From NCBI GenBank assembly GCA_903847545.1, contig CAINDZ010000414.1:1-30788 (forward strand): 30,788 bases of DNA, given 5' to 3'. Both the position numbers and the translations under genes were made by a program. Numbering within the stretch: the stretch's first letter is position 1; every line of letters begins with the position of its first letter. Under the pieces are notes generated by a model. It worked only from the letters and a program-made list of their open reading frames with translations, made no database searches and was not told the origin of the DNA. Source of the stretch: an uncultured bacterium (lineage in GTDB: Bacteria; Krumholzibacteriota; Krumholzibacteriia; LZORAL124-64-63). Shown here one piece after another: positions 8,349 through 16,986 of this stretch.

Positions 8349-8357
8349 TGTCGGAAG

Positions 8358-11300
8358 CTAGGAACCCTCGCGCTTGGGGCGCAGCTTGTCGGTGTGGCAA
8401 CCGATGCAGAGCTTGCCGTCGGGATCATCCCGCAGGAAGCGCACGAACTGCGACCCGTGCGGGTCGTGGCAGCTGTCACACGTCATCTTCAGGCCCGTGC
8501 GGGGATCGACGGTCGTCTCGCCCATCGGGTGGTCGGTGTGGTCCCGGTAGGTGTGGCACGCCAGGCAAACCTCGGGGGCCTTGACGCCGTCGGTGCTCTT
8601 GGGAGCCGCCAGGTGCGGGTCGTGGCAGGCCGTGCAGAGGTCTCCCTTCACCTCGGGATGGCGATGGGCCGCCTTGCGGTTGAGGTCCACCTTGTCCTGG
8701 TGGCACGTGCCGCAGATGGCCGCCTGCGACCGCGGCAGCAGCGGCGCGTTCGGCGACGTGTGCGGCGAGTGGCAAACCGTGCAGGCCTTCTCGCCCGTCA
8801 GCGGGGCGTGCAGGGTCCCTGTCTTCAGGTCCTCCTTCATCGCCACGTGACAGCCGAAGCACAGCGCCGGCTGCGCGGCCTTCGTCGCCTTCGTGCTGCC
8901 GACATGGCAAGCCGCACAGTTGCCCTGCGCGAACGGCGCGTGCTCGTTCGGGTGGGGCAGGTTCGCCCGCTTGGCGGCGTGCGGCGTGTGGCAGCCCGCG
9001 CAGTCCGCGTCGGCCACCGGGAAGCCGCGGTGCTTGGCCGGCAGCGCCTGCGGCGCGTGGCACTTGGCGCACAGGACCTTCGTCTCGGCGACCAGGTTCA
9101 TCTCCACCGGGCCGCCGTGCGGGTCGTGGCAGCGCGTGCAGGCGCCGGTCTTCAGCGGCGCGTGCACCACCGGCAGCTTCTTGAGCTCCTCGATGGGCTT
9201 GTGGCAGCTGACGCACAGCTCCGCGGCCGGCAGCCGGAGCAGCTTCGGCTGCGGCGAGGCATGGGGGCTGTGGCAGGCCTCGCAGCGACCCTCGCGCACG
9301 GGGGTGTGGGCGAGCTCCGGCCGGGGCGTCAAGGTGGACGGGTCGTGGCAGGTCGCGCACACCACGGCCGTCGTCGTGCCCTTCAGGAAATGCTCGCCGC
9401 GCGAGACGTGGGGGTTGTGGCACGCGCTGCACTCGCCGTCCCCGAACGGCGCATGCACCGTCTGCCCCGGGGCCGCGGCGTCCGGCAGGCTGTCGTGGCA
9501 CTGGGCGCAGACCGGCGTCTGGTTGGCGATCGGCTCGGCCGACTGGTGGCAGCTGGCGCAATCGCGGTCGGCGAACGGCGGGTGGGCCTTGGCCACCAGC
9601 AGGCCCGGCACGGTCGCGTTGTGCGGCTCGTGGCAGTCCAGGCACGCCATGGAGGCCCCGTCGCGCCCGCGGTGCTTCTCCTGGAAGCCGGCGCCCTTCT
9701 CGTCATGGCACCGGAAGCAAAGCGCCGGCACCTTGTCGCGCAGGAACCCGGGACCCTGGCCGCCGTGGGGGAGGTGGCATTCCAGGCACTCGCCCTGGCT
9801 GGGCGGGTGGATGGAGGCGGCGCCCTTCGGCGCGGCGATGTCCTCGTGGCACAGCCCGCAGAGCTTGTCCTTGTCGGCGACCAGGAGCACCTTGCGCGTC
9901 GAGCGGTGCGGATCGTGGCACGCCGTGCAGTTGCCGTCGCTCACCGGCTTGTGGCCCTGCCAGCCCGTTCCGGACGGCTGCCCCACGTCGTGGCAGGCCG
10001 CGCAGGTCGGGGCCACCGGCTGCCGCAGCAGCGCGTGCTCCTGCCCGCCGTGCGGCAGGTGGCAATCCAGGCAGGCGCCCTCGGCCGCCGGCGGGTGCAG
10101 CGCGCCGCCCTCGGGCTGCTTCGACAGGTCGGCGTGGCAGCCGGCGCACAGGGCCGCCGGGGCCTTGGTCAGCAGCGCGGGCTGGTCCGAGGTGTGCGGC
10201 TTGTGGCAAGCCAGGCACTCGCCGCGGGCCACCACGTCGTGCGTGTTCGGGGCCGAAAGTTCCAGCTGCACCTTGGTGTGGCAGCCGAGGCACAGCGTGC
10301 CGGCTTCCTTGCGCAGCAGGGCCGGATGGCTGGCGCTGTGCGGGTCGTGGCACACCGAGCACGCCTGCTTGGCCAGCGGGGCGTGGACCACGGTCGCGGT
10401 CGCGCCCGCCGCCGGCAGGACGTCGGTGTGGCAGCCGGCACAGACGGCGTTCGTCTCGTCCTTCATCAGCTTGGGACGGTCGCCGCCGTGCGCGTCATGG
10501 CATGTGCTGCAGGCGCCCTCGGCCGCCGGCGCGTGCTGGACGGCGCGCTCGAACGGCTGCGATTCGTGGCAGGACAGGCAGACCTTGCGCTCGCCGGCCA
10601 CCAGCAGGGCCGGCCGCGCGCTGCCGTGCGGCGCGTGGCACTGCACGCACTCGTGCTCGGCCGCGGGCGGGTGCGGGACCTTGCGCGACGCCGGGTCGTC
10701 GTGGCACTGCACGCAGAGTTCGGCGGCGGGCACCGTCAGGGCGCCCTTCGCGGCGGTGGGCGAAAGGTCGTGGCACTGCGCGCAGTCGCCGTCGGCCATC
10801 GGCGCGTGCTGCACCGCGTACTGCAGGTTCTCGCCGTCGGCGCTGTGGGGGTCGTGGCACGACACGCAGCCCGAGACCGTGCCCTGGACCTTGTGCGCCT
10901 TGGCCAGCTTGCCGGCATCGGCGTGGCACGACAGGCACATCTGGTCGCCCGGCAGCTTCAACAGGCCTGCGTTGTCCGACGCGTGCGGGTCGTGGCACGC
11001 CGCGCAACCGCCCTTGGCCAGGGGCTGGTGCACGTGCTTGCGCTGGTACGGCTTGGGGTCGTGGCACTTGAAGCATGCCGCCTGGCCGGCCGCCGGCAGC
11101 AGTCCCGGCTGGCCCGAGCCGTGCGGGTCGTGGCAGCCGGTGCAATCGCCCTTGCGCAGCGGGTCGTGCACGACGTCACGCTTCGTCACGCCGATCAGGT
11201 CCTTGTGGCACTCGGTGCACAGGTCCTTGCCCGTGTTCTTCAGCACGAGCTTGCCGATGACCCCGTGGCGCCGGTGGCAGCCCTCGCAGTCGCGGGCGGC

Positions 11301-11486
11301 AAAGGGCTGGTGGGCCGACTTCGCGGGGACCTTCTTCAGCGTCTCCTGGTGGCAATCGACGCATCCCTTCGTCTTGAAGCCGGCGGCCGCGGCCGGGGCG
11401 GCGCACAATCCGGAGACGAGGGCCAGCGCCAGGAGGGCCCCCAGGGCGTCCCGGCGACGGGCATGGGCAGCGGTGCTGTGATCCAC
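8358..11486 (-). CDS. Giant multiheme cytochrome c with 42 CxxCH motifs (1042 aa)
   Basis: 42 CxxCH counted by hand. Signal peptide ends ...AAPAAAA. GTG start at 11486 with AGGAGG 7 nt upstream; the track start at 11846 overlaps the upstream gene. Confidence 0.93.
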   Translation of the reverse strand: MDHSTAAHARRRDALGALLALALVSGLCAAPAAAAGFKTKGCVDCHQETLKKVPAKSAHQPFAARDCEGCHRRHGVIGKLVLKNTGKDLCTECHKDLIGVTKRDVVHDPLRKGDCTGCHDPHGSGQPGLLPAAGQAACFKCHDPKPYQRKHVHQPLAKGGCAACHDPHASDNAGLLKLPGDQMCLSCHADAGKLAKAHKVQGTVSGCVSCHDPHSADGENLQYAVQHAPMADGDCAQCHDLSPTAAKGALTVPAAELCVQCHDDPASRKVPHPPAAEHECVQCHAPHGSARPALLVAGERKVCLSCHESQPFERAVQHAPAAEGACSTCHDAHGGDRPKLMKDETNAVCAGCHTDVLPAAGATATVVHAPLAKQACSVCHDPHSASHPALLRKEAGTLCLGCHTKVQLELSAPNTHDVVARGECLACHKPHTSDQPALLTKAPAALCAGCHADLSKQPEGGALHPPAAEGACLDCHLPHGGQEHALLRQPVAPTCAACHDVGQPSGTGWQGHKPVSDGNCTACHDPHRSTRKVLLVADKDKLCGLCHEDIAAPKGAASIHPPSQGECLECHLPHGGQGPGFLRDKVPALCFRCHDEKGAGFQEKHRGRDGASMACLDCHEPHNATVPGLLVAKAHPPFADRDCASCHQSAEPIANQTPVCAQCHDSLPDAAAPGQTVHAPFGDGECSACHNPHVSRGEHFLKGTTTAVVCATCHDPSTLTPRPELAHTPVREGRCEACHSPHASPQPKLLRLPAAELCVSCHKPIEELKKLPVVHAPLKTGACTRCHDPHGGPVEMNLVAETKVLCAKCHAPQALPAKHRGFPVADADCAGCHTPHAAKRANLPHPNEHAPFAQGNCAACHVGSTKATKAAQPALCFGCHVAMKEDLKTGTLHAPLTGEKACTVCHSPHTSPNAPLLPRSQAAICGTCHQDKVDLNRKAAHRHPEVKGDLCTACHDPHLAAPKSTDGVKAPEVCLACHTYRDHTDHPMGETTVDPRTGLKMTCDSCHDPHGSQFVRFLRDDPDGKLCIGCHTDKLRPKREGS
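8370..11365 (-). repeat. Tandem doubled-CxxCH protein repeats of about 40 aa
   Basis: The recurring unit HxP---G-CxxCHxPH-S----LL------LCxxCH is visible throughout the protein. Confidence 0.85.
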
Positions 11487-11506
11487 GTTCGAGCCTCCTG
11501 CTGCGA

Positions 11507-12856
11507 TCACTTCGAGGCCGCGTTGTTGATGGTGGCGGCATTGGCGGTCGCCGCCTTGGCGACCTCGGCGACGACGCGCGCCACTTCCTGCTCGGCACCG
11601 GGCAGGATGACGATCGGGGATTCCTTCTCCAGGCGCGCGATGATCATGGCCATGTGGTCGCGCATCGCGTCGCGCTTCATCATGCCCAGGATCTGCTCCC
11701 GGCACTGCTCCAGGGGCAGCGGCTGCCCGGGCTCCAGGGCGACGACCTGCGCGACCACCCAGCCGTCGGGCACCTGGTAGGGCTCGGGCACCATGTTCAG
11801 CTTCACGTCCTCGGGCTTCAGGCCCATTTCCTCCGGCCGCAGCCACATGTCGGGGAACGGCGCCGGCCCCTTGGCCACGCGCTTGTCGTTCTCGGCCAGC
11901 CAGCGCACCGTCGCGCCGCCGAGGATCTTCTCGCGCAACTGGTTGGCCACCTCGGGCGAGGCCGCCTTCAGGCTGGCCATCTTCAGGCGCGGCGGCGCGG
12001 TCACTTCAAGCGTGTGCGCGCGGTAGTAGTGCGAGATCTCCTGGCTCGTGGGCGCGAAGTCGAACTGCAGCAGGACGCGGAGCGCCTCCTCGAGGATCGT
12101 GCTGCGCTCGAAGCGCGCGCGCAGCATCACCATCTGCGGCTGCTGGTCCATCTTCTGCGCCTTCAGCTGGCGGTTCACGGCGACCTGGGCCAGGTGGTCG
12201 CGCAGGATGTCGTCGCGGCGCTGCGAGGCGTCCGGCTTGCCGACCAGGCCGTGGAACTCGGTGAAGCGCAGCTCGCGCGTGAAGTCGGCGACCGTCAGTG
12301 AGCGGCCGTTGCCCACGCGGGCCAGCACCTCGGTGCTGTTCTGCAGGCGCTTCTGCACCGCGGCCTCGGCCGAGCCGTAGTCCAGCGACCGGAGCACCGT
12401 CGAGTCGACCGAGACGCCATAGCGGCGGAACAGTCCGTCCAGGTAGGCGCCGACCGCGGCCTTGCGCTTGTCCTGCACGCCCGGCGTCTCCGCGGGGATG
12501 GCCAGGGCGACGGAGTCGAGCAGTGCCTTCATGCACTCGTGACGGACGACCTCGTCGCACTGGTTGCGGACGGTGAACTCCTGGTCCAGGCCCATGCGGA
12601 AGCCTTCCTGGATGATCAGGTGGTTCTGCGTGAGCCGCTTGAGGATGTCCTTCGGCTCGCCGAACGACAGCGCGACGTTGTTCTCGTTCCTGACCTGCAT
12701 CAGGCCGAGCTCGATGTTCAGCTCCGTGGTGGTGACGGTGTCGGGCCCGACCAGCGCCAGGGGGATTTCCCGGGGTGTTTCCGCCATGGTGCGGACGGCC
12801 GAGGCCATCACGACGGCCGCGGTGGCCAGGGCCAGGCGCTTCGTTGTCGATTTCAT
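11507..12856 (-). CDS. SurA/PrsA-like exported chaperone with a parvulin-like domain (449 aa)
   Basis: ATG at 12856 with GGAGGAG and an ATGA overlap with the upstream stop. Signal peptide. Two 'LA.VG...T..EL/DF' SurA-N-like starts and a C-terminal 'A..L.EKI..G....LA...PEP..V.DGW.V..V' rotamase-like pattern. Confidence 0.7.
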   Translation of the reverse strand: MKSTTKRLALATAAVVMASAVRTMAETPREIPLALVGPDTVTTTELNIELGLMQVRNENNVALSFGEPKDILKRLTQNHLIIQEGFRMGLDQEFTVRNQCDEVVRHECMKALLDSVALAIPAETPGVQDKRKAAVGAYLDGLFRRYGVSVDSTVLRSLDYGSAEAAVQKRLQNSTEVLARVGNGRSLTVADFTRELRFTEFHGLVGKPDASQRRDDILRDHLAQVAVNRQLKAQKMDQQPQMVMLRARFERSTILEEALRVLLQFDFAPTSQEISHYYRAHTLEVTAPPRLKMASLKAASPEVANQLREKILGGATVRWLAENDKRVAKGPAPFPDMWLRPEEMGLKPEDVKLNMVPEPYQVPDGWVVAQVVALEPGQPLPLEQCREQILGMMKRDAMRDHMAMIIARLEKESPIVILPGAEQEVARVVAEVAKAATANAATINNAASK

Positions 12857-13929
12857 GGGGTGGGCTCCTCCAGGAGGCGTTGCAGGTTGGGCCAGAGTTG
12901 ATCGGCGCCCTTGCGCATCTGTTCCAGCAGCGTCGGCGTGTGCGTCAGCCCGAACCACCCGGTGTGCGGGGCGCCCGGGGCCAACACGGAGTCGGCCGCG
13001 CGGACACGCCCGGTCCCGAGGTCGAGCACGCGCCAGGTCATCGTCAGGTCCCCGGCCTCGCTGGCGCCGGCGGCGGCGTCCTCGGGCTCGGGCGGCGCGG
13101 CCACCGCGACGGCGCTGCCGTCGCGGCCGAACGAGACCACCTCGGCCTCGACGGCCAGGGCGACGCCGAAGGCCTGCGCCAGCAGGTCGCGTCCGCCGCG
13201 GTCCAGGCGGGTCAGGTCGCGACCGTCGGCCAGCGCCACCCCCGTGGCCAGCGCGGGATCGAGCACGCGCCGCGAGGTGTCGCGCACCGCCTCGGCGAGC
13301 AGGCACGTCGTGGCCTGGCGCGCCGCCAGGGCGTCCAGGCCGATGCCCGTGCCCGGCAGCACGAGCAACGCGGCGCCCTTGCCGGTCAGGTTGCGCAGCG
13401 AAGGCATCGCGTCGCGAAGCACGTCGACCAGGGCGTGTTGCCAGCGGCCGGTGGGGACGGGCGCCTCGGCGATGCGGATGTCGGCCAGCCTGCCCGTGCC
13501 GGTCGCCACGGACCGCCCGGTCGCCGTGAAGCGACCGTCGCCGGAAAGCAGCGTGAAGGCGACCAGCGTCTCGGCGCCCACCTCGTCGCGCAGCCCCGAC
13601 AGGAACGCCGGCGGCAACGACGCCGCCGAGCGAACCCGGAAGCGGTGGACGAGTTCCTCGGTGGCGGCGCGGTCGGCCAGCGGCTGGTCGGTGGCGCCGA
13701 CCATCGCGGCGATCATGTCCAGCGCCGTGCGGCGCACGGTCGCGACATCGGCCTCCAGGCCGGCCACGGGATCGCCCTCGATGTGCAGCATGATGGCGAT
13801 GGTCCCGGGTCGCGGCGCCTGCCCGGCGGCGACCAGCGTGTCGGGCGCGTCCCCGGCAGCGCCGGCGCCCGTCGCCAGGAGCAGCCCGGCGACGGCGCAC
13901 AGCAGGCGGCTGCCGGGCACGATGCGCAT
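12853..13929 (-). CDS. Exported protein with two tandem CsgG/TolB-N-like domains (358 aa)
   Basis: Signal peptide. Two 'G.....V...V/L ... R.V/LD..TGR' patterns (EVGAETLVAFTLL..RSVATGTGR and AFGVALAVEAEV..RVLDLGTGR). TGATG coupling to the upstream gene. Confidence 0.5.
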   Translation of the reverse strand: MRIVPGSRLLCAVAGLLLATGAGAAGDAPDTLVAAGQAPRPGTIAIMLHIEGDPVAGLEADVATVRRTALDMIAAMVGATDQPLADRAATEELVHRFRVRSAASLPPAFLSGLRDEVGAETLVAFTLLSGDGRFTATGRSVATGTGRLADIRIAEAPVPTGRWQHALVDVLRDAMPSLRNLTGKGAALLVLPGTGIGLDALAARQATTCLLAEAVRDTSRRVLDPALATGVALADGRDLTRLDRGGRDLLAQAFGVALAVEAEVVSFGRDGSAVAVAAPPEPEDAAAGASEAGDLTMTWRVLDLGTGRVRAADSVLAPGAPHTGWFGLTHTPTLLEQMRKGADQLWPNLQRLLEEPTP

Positions 13930-14510
13930 CAGAACAGGGTCTCCAGCGCGGCGCGGACGTTGGCGCGGGCCACGTCGAAGATGCCGGCCGTGCCGCCGCC
14001 GAACAGCTTGCGCATGACCGAGGTGCCGTCGGTGCGGGTCTGCGAGGACCAGACCAGGCGCCCGGTCTGCGTCTCGTGCAGCTGGTAGACCGACGTAACG
14101 ACCTGCGCGGGGTCATGCGCGGAGCGCTCGGTGCCGTATTCCTCGACGGTCCCGAAGAAGACGCCGTCGACCTGCAGTCGCTTGCCCAGTTCCATGACCT
14201 GTTCGGGGCTCATCACGCGGTCGGGGGCGATCTTCATCTCGGACACGATCGCGAGCGTCTCGCCGCGGTCGGCCACCTCGACCTGCCCGGTCTTGAGGAC
14301 CTCGGTCACGAAGATCGACTGCACGCGCTGTGCCGCGAACGTGTCCTGCGTGAGGTTGTAGAAGGGGAAGATGGCGACCCGGCGAATGAAGCTGAAGTCG
14401 ACGTCCTCGCGGATGTACTGGCTGGCGCGGGGGCCGCATCCGGCCGCCAGCGAGCACAGGACCACCAGCGCCGTGGCCAGGCCGAGGGCTGCGTTCCTCG
14501 TGTACTTCAT
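13929..14510 (-). CDS. CsgG/GNA1162-like outer-membrane lipoprotein (193 aa)
   Basis: Lipobox LAAG-C25 with Gly at +2. RVAIFPFYN, ELGKRLQVDGVFFGTV and ETQTGRLVWS match this fold family. ATG at 14510 after AAGGA. Confidence 0.7.
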   Translation of the reverse strand: MKYTRNAALGLATALVVLCSLAAGCGPRASQYIREDVDFSFIRRVAIFPFYNLTQDTFAAQRVQSIFVTEVLKTGQVEVADRGETLAIVSEMKIAPDRVMSPEQVMELGKRLQVDGVFFGTVEEYGTERSAHDPAQVVTSVYQLHETQTGRLVWSSQTRTDGTSVMRKLFGGGTAGIFDVARANVRAALETLF

Positions 14511-14580
14511 CGTTCGTCCTTTCGCCGGTCGGCCCGCACCCGCAGGGCAGCCCGTCACACGAAAATCTGCGATACCGCAG

Positions 14581-16779
14581 TCAGAATGTCCAATATGCGC
14601 GCAACTGGAACCCGAACGGCCAGCTTTCGTGCCCTTCGAGCCGCTCGAAGTTCTTTTCGACGCTGCCGGCCAGGGACAGGCGCGTCCGCGCCTGCCAGTC
14701 GACGGTGACACTGCCGCCGCGGCGCAACTGGCCGGTGCGCGAGTCCTGGTAGTCGTTCGCCTGGAAGGACGTGAGCACGCTGCCGCCGCGGAGCGGGCTC
14801 CACGAGAGGGTGTTGCGGACGATCCAGTCAGTTTGCTCCCGGCGCTGGCTGGTGGCCTGGCACGACCACGAAAGCAGGGGCCTGATCTCCCAGGAAGCGT
14901 CCACTTCGGCCTCGCCGAACGACGTGAAACCCGAGCCGGCCTGCTGCCCCACCCAGCGCTCGGTCCGGCGCACGTCCAGGCGCACGCCGGGACGCGGCAC
15001 GCTACGGATCTCCGAGGCCACCAGCCACGAATCCGAATCGGCCGTCCCGTATTCGCCGGTGCGCCAGCTGCGCGACACGCGCTGGACGAACGTCAGCTGG
15101 GGGGCCGCCTGCCAGGTGGCGTCCGTCATGACGGACTCGGTGACCTGCCGGACGCTGTAGGTGTTGTCGCGGGCCTGCATCCACGACAGCCTGGCCGACA
15201 GGGCTCCGGGGTCGCGCCGGGCCAGCGAAACCTGTCGCGTGTTGGACTCCGAACGCAATCGCGTCGGGCTCTCCTCGGTGTTCGTCTGGTACTGCCCGGA
15301 GAGCGACCAACCGGCCACGCGCCATGTCGCCAGCGCACCCTTGTTGACGCGCTCGAGACGGCCGATGCCCAACTGGTCGCGCCGATCGAGGTTGCCGTCG
15401 ATCCTCACCTGCAGGCTCGGGGCGGGGCTGAATTCGAGGGCGCCGGCGAGCGTTGTCCGCTCCTGCCGCGACGAGCGGTTGGGCTGCCCGGTCTCCGTGG
15501 GCCCGTAGACCTCGAACTCGGTGACGAACAGGTCGCCGAGCGTCGGCCCCAGCTTCCGGTCCACCAGCTTCAGGCGGCGATGCGAGACCGACCCGGTGAA
15601 GGTGATCTCCCACCCCTGGCGCCCCGACTCCTGCTCGACGTAGCGGATGCTCCAGGCGCCCGGGGCCACGGCGCTGCCCCAGTCGCGGCCTTCCGCCTCG
15701 TCGCAGAAATAGAGGTCCCACTGGAACATCGCGGGGATGCTGCCGATCCGGCGGTCCACGTAGAGGAACGCCGACGTCATCGCCACGGGCTCGCCGAAAT
15801 CGAGGGTGATGTTCCGGTAGTCGCCGCCGAAGTCGCGCCCGGCCGGCGCGTTGTCGCCGAGGTTGATGATCGTGGGGACCAGGCGGTCGTTGTCGAACAG
15901 GGCCGGCACCTGCTCCGGCTGCGTCTCGAGCGGATCGAGGAAGCTCGGCGTGTCGTCCACGCCGAAACCGCCGGTCACCGGCTGCCGGTATTGCGACACG
16001 ATGTCGCCGGTGAATTCCTCGCGCTGGTCGAAGCGCCGGTGGCCCATCGTCCACGACACGCGCCCGCGCGGACCGGCAAAGGCGCGGTTGCCCTGGTATT
16101 CCACCTGCTGTGTCGTGTAGCGGGCCAGGCGGTTGTTCGTGACGGCGTCCTGCTCGACGAGCGTCGCGCGGTACTGGAGATTGTCCTGGCGGGAGAGGTC
16201 CAGGCGCAGCCTGCCGCTGCCGAGGCGGTCGCGGTTCTCGCGGTCCTCGCCCTCGGCGCGCCGCCACGACGCGTTGTCCTGGTAGTTCGCGTCGCCCGAA
16301 AGCCTGCCCAGGCGGGCGCTGGTCCACACGCCGAACTCGAGGCTGTCGTCCCGTTGAGCCGGGATGCCGACGAAGTCCTGGTCCGAGCGATTGCCCCGCG
16401 CGAACGCATTGAAGCGCCAGCTGCCGGCCTGCATCGCCAGGCTGCTCGAAGGCGAGAGCACGGTCATGTGGTTGTCGACCGTCGTGCCCGCCGCCGTGCC
16501 CCGCAGCAGCTCGCGCCGGGCCGTGTACTGGAACTGCAGGCTGGCCCGCTGCGAGAGGCGGATCGTCTGGTCCACGCCGAACAGGTGCCACTGGTTGTCG
16601 CTGCTGTACGCGGTGCCGCCGGAGTTGCCCTCCTGGTGCAGCGAGCGCACGTCGAACCTGCCGTCGAGCGCGAGTGCGGGACCGACCACGCCGGCCACGA
16701 CCATGCCGGCCACCAACAGGCGACCGACACATGCCACGCAGTGGCGCTCGGGACGGGGCTTCGCGGCGAGCGGCGACAT
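14581..16779 (-). CDS. Large outer-membrane beta-barrel protein with an inserted soluble domain (732 aa)
   Basis: Signal peptide, alternating amphipathic beta-strands throughout, and C-terminal GFQLRAYWTF ending in an aromatic residue (BAM-type signal). Confidence 0.75.
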   Translation of the reverse strand: MSPLAAKPRPERHCVACVGRLLVAGMVVAGVVGPALALDGRFDVRSLHQEGNSGGTAYSSDNQWHLFGVDQTIRLSQRASLQFQYTARRELLRGTAAGTTVDNHMTVLSPSSSLAMQAGSWRFNAFARGNRSDQDFVGIPAQRDDSLEFGVWTSARLGRLSGDANYQDNASWRRAEGEDRENRDRLGSGRLRLDLSRQDNLQYRATLVEQDAVTNNRLARYTTQQVEYQGNRAFAGPRGRVSWTMGHRRFDQREEFTGDIVSQYRQPVTGGFGVDDTPSFLDPLETQPEQVPALFDNDRLVPTIINLGDNAPAGRDFGGDYRNITLDFGEPVAMTSAFLYVDRRIGSIPAMFQWDLYFCDEAEGRDWGSAVAPGAWSIRYVEQESGRQGWEITFTGSVSHRRLKLVDRKLGPTLGDLFVTEFEVYGPTETGQPNRSSRQERTTLAGALEFSPAPSLQVRIDGNLDRRDQLGIGRLERVNKGALATWRVAGWSLSGQYQTNTEESPTRLRSESNTRQVSLARRDPGALSARLSWMQARDNTYSVRQVTESVMTDATWQAAPQLTFVQRVSRSWRTGEYGTADSDSWLVASEIRSVPRPGVRLDVRRTERWVGQQAGSGFTSFGEAEVDASWEIRPLLSWSCQATSQRREQTDWIVRNTLSWSPLRGGSVLTSFQANDYQDSRTGQLRRGGSVTVDWQARTRLSLAGSVEKNFERLEGHESWPFGFQLRAYWTF

Positions 16780-16911
16780 GGGTTCTGCGCAGCCTCGGCT
16801 GGAAGGGTGGACCGGCGGTGGGGGACGGCTTCCGGCGCGCCCGGGTCAGGGGGCGACTGCGGCGCGCGTAAGTCCTTGTCCGCCGTAGGATTCCTGTCGT
16901 TGCGAGTTAAA

Positions 16912-16940
16912 AAAATAACAAATAGGACGAAAATAAGCAA
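16912..16940 (-). promoter_or_regulatory. Possible sigma70 promoter upstream of the beta-barrel gene
   Basis: Minus strand TTGCTT-N17-TATTTT with TG extension, inside a strongly AT-rich intergenic patch. Confidence 0.35.
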
Positions 16941-16986
16941 TCATGAACTTGGGATATCACGGGGGGTTACGAAATACCCTCGGTCC

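Noticed and set aside
11420-11486. Twin-arginine-like motifs in signal peptides (ARRRDAL here, SRRVRAL in paralogue 2)
   Set aside because: Poor match to S/T-R-R-x-F-L-K. Arg-rich n-regions are common at high GC, and c-type cytochromes are normally exported by Sec.
8229-11780. 1183-aa plus-strand ORF, and similar long ORFs at 8893-11481, 14371-17211, 18609-21854 and 29469-30761
   Set aside because: Antisense shadows of well-supported genes. High GC suppresses stop codons, and the translations show no recognisable domains.
11507-14116. 869-aa track ORF suggesting a long fusion upstream of the chaperone
   Set aside because: The N-terminal 420 aa are Arg/Gly/Pro-rich alternate-frame text overlapping two real genes. 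The true start at 12856 has a strong RBS and a signal peptide.
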